A model generated the notes under the pieces. That model was not told where the DNA came from and did not search any database. It saw only the letters and a list, made by a program, of their open reading frames with translations. From contig JAAYMM010000002.1 in the NCBI GenBank assembly GCA_012521335.1, positions 53,030-117,029 of the forward strand: 64,000 nt of DNA. The letters run 5' to 3'. A program made the translations under genes and the position numbers. Positions 58,875-64,000 of the stretch are shown piece by piece (within the stretch, counting starts at the first letter, position 1; each line of letters opens with the position of its first letter). The DNA comes from Bacillota bacterium (GTDB taxonomy: Bacteria > Bacillota > Limnochordia > Darwinibacteriales > Darwinibacteriaceae).

Positions 58875-59822
58875 ATGGAACTTAAATGGATTAGTGGAAC
58901 GAATACTCCAGCCCGCAGTGTGGCCCTGGGGACTCTTGACGGCGTTCACCTCGGACACCAAAAGCTGTTAGAGACGGCAGTAGCGTATAGACCGCCCGTG
59001 GGCAGCAGTGCCGTCTTTACCTTTGATTATCCCCCTGAACAGTTTTTTCGCGGCCAATTCAGGCTGATCAGCTCCTTTGAACAGAAAGTGGAGCTGATTC
59101 AAAACTGCGGCATCGACGAGGTGGCCTGGCTCCCCTTCGGGCTGGAAATCGCTTCTTTGGAAGCCGAAGAGTTTGTTCAGCACATTCTGCTCGATCAGCT
59201 CAAAGCGGTGCATGTGGTCTGCGGTTTCAACTACCGCTTTGGCAAAGGCCGTGCCGGGGATGTGGCCTTCCTTGCCGAACAGGGACGCCGTCACGGTTTT
59301 GAGGTTACAGTAGTGCCCTCGGTGCACAGCTCCAACGGCGAGTTGATCAGCAGTACGGCCATCCGCAACCTGCTGGCAGCAGGGAACGTAGAACAGGCCG
59401 CCGATTACTTGGGCCGTTTCCCGGCGTATCGCGGCACCGTGGTGCGCGGAGAGGGAAGAGGGCGTCAGCTGGGGTTTCCCACCGCTAACCTGGAGGTTAA
59501 CCCCCTGCTTGTCCTGCCCGGTGAAGGAGTGTATTTGACCTGGTGCGTATTGTCCCACAACCTGGGTGTCCCTGCGGTAACATCCATAGGGCGCAATCCC
59601 ACTTTTGCCGGCCAAGTGCAGACGGTAGAAGTCTACTTATTGGACTTTGAGGCTGACTTGTACGGCCAGGTGCTGGAGGTCCAGTTTTTGCAGCGGCTGA
59701 GGGATATTATCCGCTATCCTTCAGCAGAAGCGCTGCAGGATCAGATCCGCTCAGATGTGCGCCAAGCCCGCCAACTATTGGATCAATATCGTTTACAAGA
59801 TGCCCGGGTTGTGCTAAAATAG
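58875..59822 (+). CDS. ribF: Bifunctional riboflavin kinase / FMN adenylyltransferase
   Basis: 'ALGTLDGVHLGHQKLL' FAD-synthetase nucleotidyltransferase motif and C-terminal riboflavin kinase 'GEGRGRQLGFPTANL'. Confidence 0.9.
   Translation: MELKWISGTNTPARSVALGTLDGVHLGHQKLLETAVAYRPPVGSSAVFTFDYPPEQFFRGQFRLISSFEQKVELIQNCGIDEVAWLPFGLEIASLEAEEFVQHILLDQLKAVHVVCGFNYRFGKGRAGDVAFLAEQGRRHGFEVTVVPSVHSSNGELISSTAIRNLLAAGNVEQAADYLGRFPAYRGTVVRGEGRGRQLGFPTANLEVNPLLVLPGEGVYLTWCVLSHNLGVPAVTSIGRNPTFAGQVQTVEVYLLDFEADLYGQVLEVQFLQRLRDIIRYPSAEALQDQIRSDVRQARQLLDQYRLQDARVVLK
59792..59820 (+). promoter_or_regulatory. Sigma-A promoter with extended -10 (TTTACA-N17-TGcTAAAAT) for rpsO, inside the ribF 3' end
   Basis: Hexamers and spacer read directly; leader contains two small hairpins (TGTGCC-tta-GGCACA at 59826-59840; GCAAAG-ccc-CTTTGC at 59842-59855). 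Confidence 0.5.
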
Positions 59823-59921
59823 CATTGTGCCTTAGGCACACGCAAAGCCCTTTGCTAGGAATGGCGTACCTCCGGCGCTGTTCTTGGGAAGCGGTGTGAA
59901 ACAGATTTTGGAGGTGATGTT

Positions 59922-60188
59922 GTGATTAGTCAAGAGGTAAAAAACGAGATTATCAAGAAGTTTGCCCGTCACGAAGGTGATACGGGTTCTCCGGAAGTCC
60001 AGATAGCCATCTTGACCCACCGGATTCAAGAACTTACTGAGCATCTCAAGGTTCACAAGAATGATCATCATTCTCGGAGAGGCCTCTATAAGATGATCGG
60101 TCAGCGTCGCGGTCTTTTGAACTATCTCATGAAAAAAGACATCGAGCGGTACCGCAGTCTTATTGAAGAGCTAGGTTTGCGTCGGTAA
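59922..60188 (+). CDS. rpsO: 30S ribosomal protein S15
   Basis: 88 aa; '[37 protein letters not shown]' S15 signature; GGAGGTG RBS. Confidence 0.95.
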   Translation: MISQEVKNEIIKKFARHEGDTGSPEVQIAILTHRIQELTEHLKVHKNDHHSRRGLYKMIGQRRGLLNYLMKKDIERYRSLIEELGLRR

Positions 60189-60193
60189 AAGAT

Positions 60194-60222
60194 GAGCGGG
60201 CAACTGTTCCCGCTCTTTTTTG
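60194..60222 (+). terminator. Rho-independent terminator after rpsO (partial readthrough into pnp likely)
   Basis: GAGCGGG-caactgtt-CCCGCTC followed by TTTTTT. Confidence 0.75.
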
Positions 60223-60298
60223 GATCGCGCCCGCTGCAGAGTTTGCGCAGAAGGCCATACTAATTGTAACCGAGAACATGCAAATTGGAGGTTAGAAC

Positions 60299-62410
60299 AT
60301 GCAGACCGAGTTTCGAAGGGAACTAGCCGGAAGGCCCTTGATTCTGGAATTCGGCGGCGTGGCCAAACAGGCCAACGGATCCGTTCTGGTCCGTTACGGA
60401 GAGACTGTTGTTCTGGTCACCGCCACCATGAGCAAGGAACCCAGAACGGGCATCGACTTTTTCCCGCTTCTGGTCGATTACGAAGAACGCCAGTATGCTG
60501 TAGGCAGAATTCCTGGCGGTTGGGGAAGAAGAGAAGGCCGGCCCAGCGCCGAAGCTATTCTCTCTGCCCGCATGATCGACCGTCCCCTGCGGCCTTTGTT
60601 TCCTGAAGGATTCCGCAATGACGTCCAGATCGTGGCCACGGTCATGTCCGTGGACAAGAGCAACTCGCCGACCATCGCTGCCTTGATCGGCGCCAGCGCC
60701 GCACTCACCGTATCGGATATTCCGTTCGGAGGGCCGGTGGGTGGAGTCAAGGTAGGTTTGGTTAAAGGCCAGCTCGTCCTCAATCCCACCCTGGCTGAGC
60801 AGGCTGAATCGGATCTGGAGATTACGATCGCGGGAACCAAAGATGCGGTCACCATGGTTGAGGCAGGTGCCAACGAGGTTTCCGAAGAGACGATCTTGGA
60901 GGCTATCGCTTTTGGGCATGCAGCGATCAAGGATCTCTGCCTGCTGCAGGAGGAGATTCGCGCCCAGATCGGCAAGGAAAAAGTGCAAGTCCCCGTGTTT
61001 CAGCCGGAATTGGAGCTGGATCGCTGGGTCCGGGAGCACGTCTACGAAGAACTGGTCCAGGCCCTCAAAGCCAGCGAGAAGCTGGAACGGGAGCGGCTGT
61101 TGGATGAAGTGCGCGGTGGAGCACATGAAGCCTATCAGGAAGAGTTCGGCGAAGAGCTGTACGAAGAGCAGAGCAAGTTCATCGACGCTGTGTTCGACGC
61201 CGTACTCAAGGAAGAAGTACGCCGCGCCATTACCAAAGACAAGGTCCGGCCCGATGGCCGCAAACCTGATGAAATCCGTCCCGTGAGCTGTCAAGTGGGT
61301 CTGCTGCCTAGAGCTCATGGAAGCGGGCTGTTCACCAGGGGACAGACCCAGGTGTTGACCTCTGTCACCTTGGGGCTGAAATCGGACGAACAGCTTCTGG
61401 ACAGCCTTACTGAAGAAGAGAGCAAACGCTACATTCACCACTACAACTTCCCACCGTACAGCGTAGGCGAAGTGCGGCCCATTCGCGGTCCTGGACGCCG
61501 GGAGATCGGGCACGGTGCCTTGGCTGAACGGGCTCTGCTGCCGGTGATCCCCACGGAAGAAGAGTTCCCCTACACGCTCCGCCTGGTTTCGGAAGTTCTG
61601 GAGTCCAACGGTTCCTCTTCCATGGCCAGTGTCTGCGGCAGCACTCTGGCGCTTATGGATGCAGGCGTGCCCATCAAGAGCCCTGTGGCCGGTATTGCCA
61701 TGGGTTTGGTGATGCGGGATGGCGAATACACTATCCTCACAGACATTCAAGGGCTAGAAGATGCCCTGGGTGATATGGACTTTAAGGTCGCCGGCACAGA
61801 AAAAGGCATCACTGCTCTGCAGATGGATATCAAAATCGGCGGGGTAACCCCGGAGATCATGGCAGAAGCTCTGGACCAAGCCCGCAAGGGTAGGCTGTTT
61901 ATCTTGGGCAAGATGCGCGACTGCATCGAAAAACCACGCCCCGAGCTGTCCCGTTACGCACCGCGTATTATCACCATGGAGATTCCCGTTGACAAGATTC
62001 GCGACGTAATCGGACCTGGCGGCAAGATTATCCGGGACATCATCGCCAAGACGGGTGTGGAGATTGACATCGAAGATGACGGGCGCGTCTACATCGCTTC
62101 AACTGACGAAGAAGGCGGCAAGAAGGCACAGCAGCTCATCGAGCGCTACGTGAAAGATGTGGAAGTGGGCGAGACCTATCTGGGAGTGGTGAAACGCATC
62201 ATGAATTTCGGTGCTTTCGTCGAAATCCTCCCTGGGAAGGAAGGTTTGGTACACATTTCACAATTGGAGAACCGCCGGGTGAACAAAGTTGAAGATGTGG
62301 TCAAGGTAGGAGATGAAGTTCTGGTCAAGGTCTTGGAGATTGACCGCCAGGGAAGAATTAACCTCTCCCGCAAAGAAGCCCTCGCTGAGCAGAAGGAATT
62401 CGAGAGGTAA
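60299..62410 (+). CDS. pnp: Polyribonucleotide nucleotidyltransferase (PNPase)
   Basis: 703 aa; two RNase PH domains, KH and C-terminal S1 domain ('[19 protein letters not shown]'). Confidence 0.95.
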   Translation: MQTEFRRELAGRPLILEFGGVAKQANGSVLVRYGETVVLVTATMSKEPRTGIDFFPLLVDYEERQYAVGRIPGGWGRREGRPSAEAILSARMIDRPLRPLFPEGFRNDVQIVATVMSVDKSNSPTIAALIGASAALTVSDIPFGGPVGGVKVGLVKGQLVLNPTLAEQAESDLEITIAGTKDAVTMVEAGANEVSEETILEAIAFGHAAIKDLCLLQEEIRAQIGKEKVQVPVFQPELELDRWVREHVYEELVQALKASEKLERERLLDEVRGGAHEAYQEEFGEELYEEQSKFIDAVFDAVLKEEVRRAITKDKVRPDGRKPDEIRPVSCQVGLLPRAHGSGLFTRGQTQVLTSVTLGLKSDEQLLDSLTEEESKRYIHHYNFPPYSVGEVRPIRGPGRREIGHGALAERALLPVIPTEEEFPYTLRLVSEVLESNGSSSMASVCGSTLALMDAGVPIKSPVAGIAMGLVMRDGEYTILTDIQGLEDALGDMDFKVAGTEKGITALQMDIKIGGVTPEIMAEALDQARKGRLFILGKMRDCIEKPRPELSRYAPRIITMEIPVDKIRDVIGPGGKIIRDIIAKTGVEIDIEDDGRVYIASTDEEGGKKAQQLIERYVKDVEVGETYLGVVKRIMNFGAFVEILPGKEGLVHISQLENRRVNKVEDVVKVGDEVLVKVLEIDRQGRINLSRKEALAEQKEFER

Positions 62411-62439
62411 TATCGAAACAAGTTAATAGTAACGTAATA

Positions 62440-62470
62440 AAGCAGGTATACAGAATAACCTGCTTTTTCA
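62440..62470 (+). terminator. Rho-independent terminator after pnp
   Basis: AGCAGGT-atacagaata-ACCTGCT followed by TTTTT. Confidence 0.75.
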
Positions 62471-62501
62471 TTTTGTTAACACGGAGAAAAGGGGTATGTG
62501 C

Positions 62502-63485
62502 ATGGCGGTTCTGGCTGTCTACCCGCAGGGGAAAACCCTGCACTTTGGGGTGGGAGCGGTGGATGCTCCCGAGGCTGCCACATTCACTCTTGCATCCTGC
62601 ACAGATGCAGCTATTGTCGCAGAGCAGCTGTTGGCCTGGCTGGAGGCAGCCGGATTTTCCGGGGATCAGCTCGAGTTTATTGTCACCAGCGGCCACCTTA
62701 CTGAAGGCCCCAGCGGCATCTACCGCTGGACCCAGTCTGCGCAGTCGGCCGAGCCCTGGGCAGGCGAGCTGTGTACTGTGCTCTCAGAGTATCTCTCCTG
62801 TCCCGTTTACCTCATCGACCCTGCCAGCAGCGCAGAATGTCATCGGCACGCCCTGGTCACCGGTACGCCGGCCATCCAGCGTCCTTACTTTGCCGACTAC
62901 TTTATCTTTAAGTATCTAGCCCGCGAGGAAGCACTCAGGCGTGGTCTGAAGCAAAGGGAAGGGCGCTTCATTGTTGCCCATCTCGATACTGTAAACCAAC
63001 TGGGCGCGGTGGTGGGCACCAGGGTGGTGGACTGCCTGACCAGTGCCGATGAGGGGCCCTTTGCCCTTTACCACAGCGGAGGACTGCCCTTCGATGAAAT
63101 CTTAAGGATCTGCGACTCTGCTCCTCAGCGGGAACAGGCGCTGCAGGCTCTGACAGAAAACGGGGGCCTAAGGGGCTATTTGGGCCTGGAGAACATAGCC
63201 GACTTCTACAGTCAGCGGGACGAGCAGTCCGAGCTAATCAGGCAGGCTCTCGTGTACCAGATTGCCAAGGAAATAGGTGCCTTAGCCGCAGCTCTCCAAG
63301 GCCAGGTAGATGCCATTATCTGCGCGGGCGAGTTGGCCAGGTTCGAGCCGCTGATAGCCGAGCTCACTGCACGAGTTGGTTTTGTTGCTCCTCTGGTAGC
63401 AGTCCCCGGACAGCAGGGAGTCTCTGCTCTGTTGGCGGGGGCAAGGCGGGTCTGGGAAAAGGAACCCATCATGAACTTAAGCTGA
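62502..63485 (+). CDS. Butyrate kinase-like (ASKHA superfamily) protein with degenerate catalytic motifs
   Basis: Collinear with butyrate kinase (e.g. 'IVAHL...GAVVGTRVVD', 'LVYQIAKEIGALAAALQGQVDAIICAG'), but PHOSPHATE-1 'NPGSTSTK' is replaced by 'YPQGKTLH', 'HMGGG' by 'HLDTV', 'TGGIA' by 'AGELA'. Confidence 0.6.
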   Translation: MAVLAVYPQGKTLHFGVGAVDAPEAATFTLASCTDAAIVAEQLLAWLEAAGFSGDQLEFIVTSGHLTEGPSGIYRWTQSAQSAEPWAGELCTVLSEYLSCPVYLIDPASSAECHRHALVTGTPAIQRPYFADYFIFKYLAREEALRRGLKQREGRFIVAHLDTVNQLGAVVGTRVVDCLTSADEGPFALYHSGGLPFDEILRICDSAPQREQALQALTENGGLRGYLGLENIADFYSQRDEQSELIRQALVYQIAKEIGALAAALQGQVDAIICAGELARFEPLIAELTARVGFVAPLVAVPGQQGVSALLAGARRVWEKEPIMNLS

Positions 63486-63498
63486 AGGAGTGTGCGCT

Positions 63499-64000
63499 AT
63501 GGGATTTGCTCAGCTGAGAAAACGCCTACAGGGGCGCGAGCCCAAGACTCTGGTCTTGGCCTGGGGTCTGGACGCTGGCGTCCTGGAAGCATGCAGGCAG
63601 GCTCTAGATCATGGTTTCATTAAGGAGGTAGTAGTCACGGGGCCGCCTGAACAGGTGCAGAAAACTGCGGAGCAGGTCCATATGGATCTGGCTGGCTTTT
63701 CCTTCCATCCAGCAGCAACGCCCGTGGAGGGAGCAGCGGAAGCAGTACGCCTGATCAGAGAGGGACGAGGCCAAGTGCTCATGAAGGGGCACTTGAACAC
63801 CAGTGCGATTTTGCGAGCGGTAGTGAACAAAGAAACGGGCATCCGCAAGGAAAGCCTGCTCAGTCATATCACCATCGTCGAACTGCCGTCGGAACGCTTG
63901 GCCCTGCTCACAGATGCGGCCATGAACATCAAACCGGATCTGCCCCAAAAGGCCCAGATTCTCGATAATGCCATCAAGTTCGCCTGGTCCATCGGACTGG
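63499..64000 (+). CDS. Phosphate butyryltransferase/phosphotransacetylase-like protein (Ptb family), N-terminal fragment; continues past the window
   Basis: 'KTLVLAWGLDAGVLEA...VLMKGHLNTSAIL...ITIVELP...LTDAAMNIKP' Pta/Ptb family pattern; GAAGGAG RBS; no stop within the window. Confidence 0.7.
   Translation, partial: MGFAQLRKRLQGREPKTLVLAWGLDAGVLEACRQALDHGFIKEVVVTGPPEQVQKTAEQVHMDLAGFSFHPAATPVEGAAEAVRLIREGRGQVLMKGHLNTSAILRAVVNKETGIRKESLLSHITIVELPSERLALLTDAAMNIKPDLPQKAQILDNAIKFAWSIGL

Overview
This is a 64-kb stretch of a moderately high-GC Firmicutes (Clostridia/Bacilli-type) chromosome. It is almost entirely plus-strand housekeeping operons in a conserved order: ylqF(rbgA)-rnhB-yraN | [dacF-like carboxypeptidase + two overlapping Lrp/AsnC genes] | comM(-) <-> small Zn-ribbon ORF-dprA-smg-like-topA-trmFO-xerC-hslVU. 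A ~23-kb flagellar fla locus follows (flgB through fliA). It includes motAB and a PilZ-domain gene, but no fliM, no che genes and no codY. Downstream are rpsB-tsf-pyrH-frr-uppS-cdsA-dxr-rseP-ispG-proS, a GT2 glycosyltransferase, polC, then rimP-nusA-ylxR-L7Ae-infB-rbfA-nrnA-truB-ribF, rpsO, pnp, and a buk-like/ptb pair. There are no rRNA or tRNA genes, CRISPR arrays or obvious mobile elements. Several Rho-independent terminators and sigma-A-like promoters can be read directly from the sequence. The most unusual observations are: (i) the PolC replicase appears to lack the entire 3'-5' proofreading exonuclease insertion in its PHP domain; (ii) a butyrate-kinase homolog with degenerate ASKHA phosphate/adenosine motifs sits next to a ptb-like gene; (iii) the flagellar locus has FliY directly after FliL with no FliM, plus two uncharacterised small genes after fliA; (iv) small uncharacterised ORFs (Zn-ribbon, Smg-like) are embedded in the comM-dprA-topA DNA-processing cluster. 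All product calls rest on recalled family motifs and gene order. No database search could be run.
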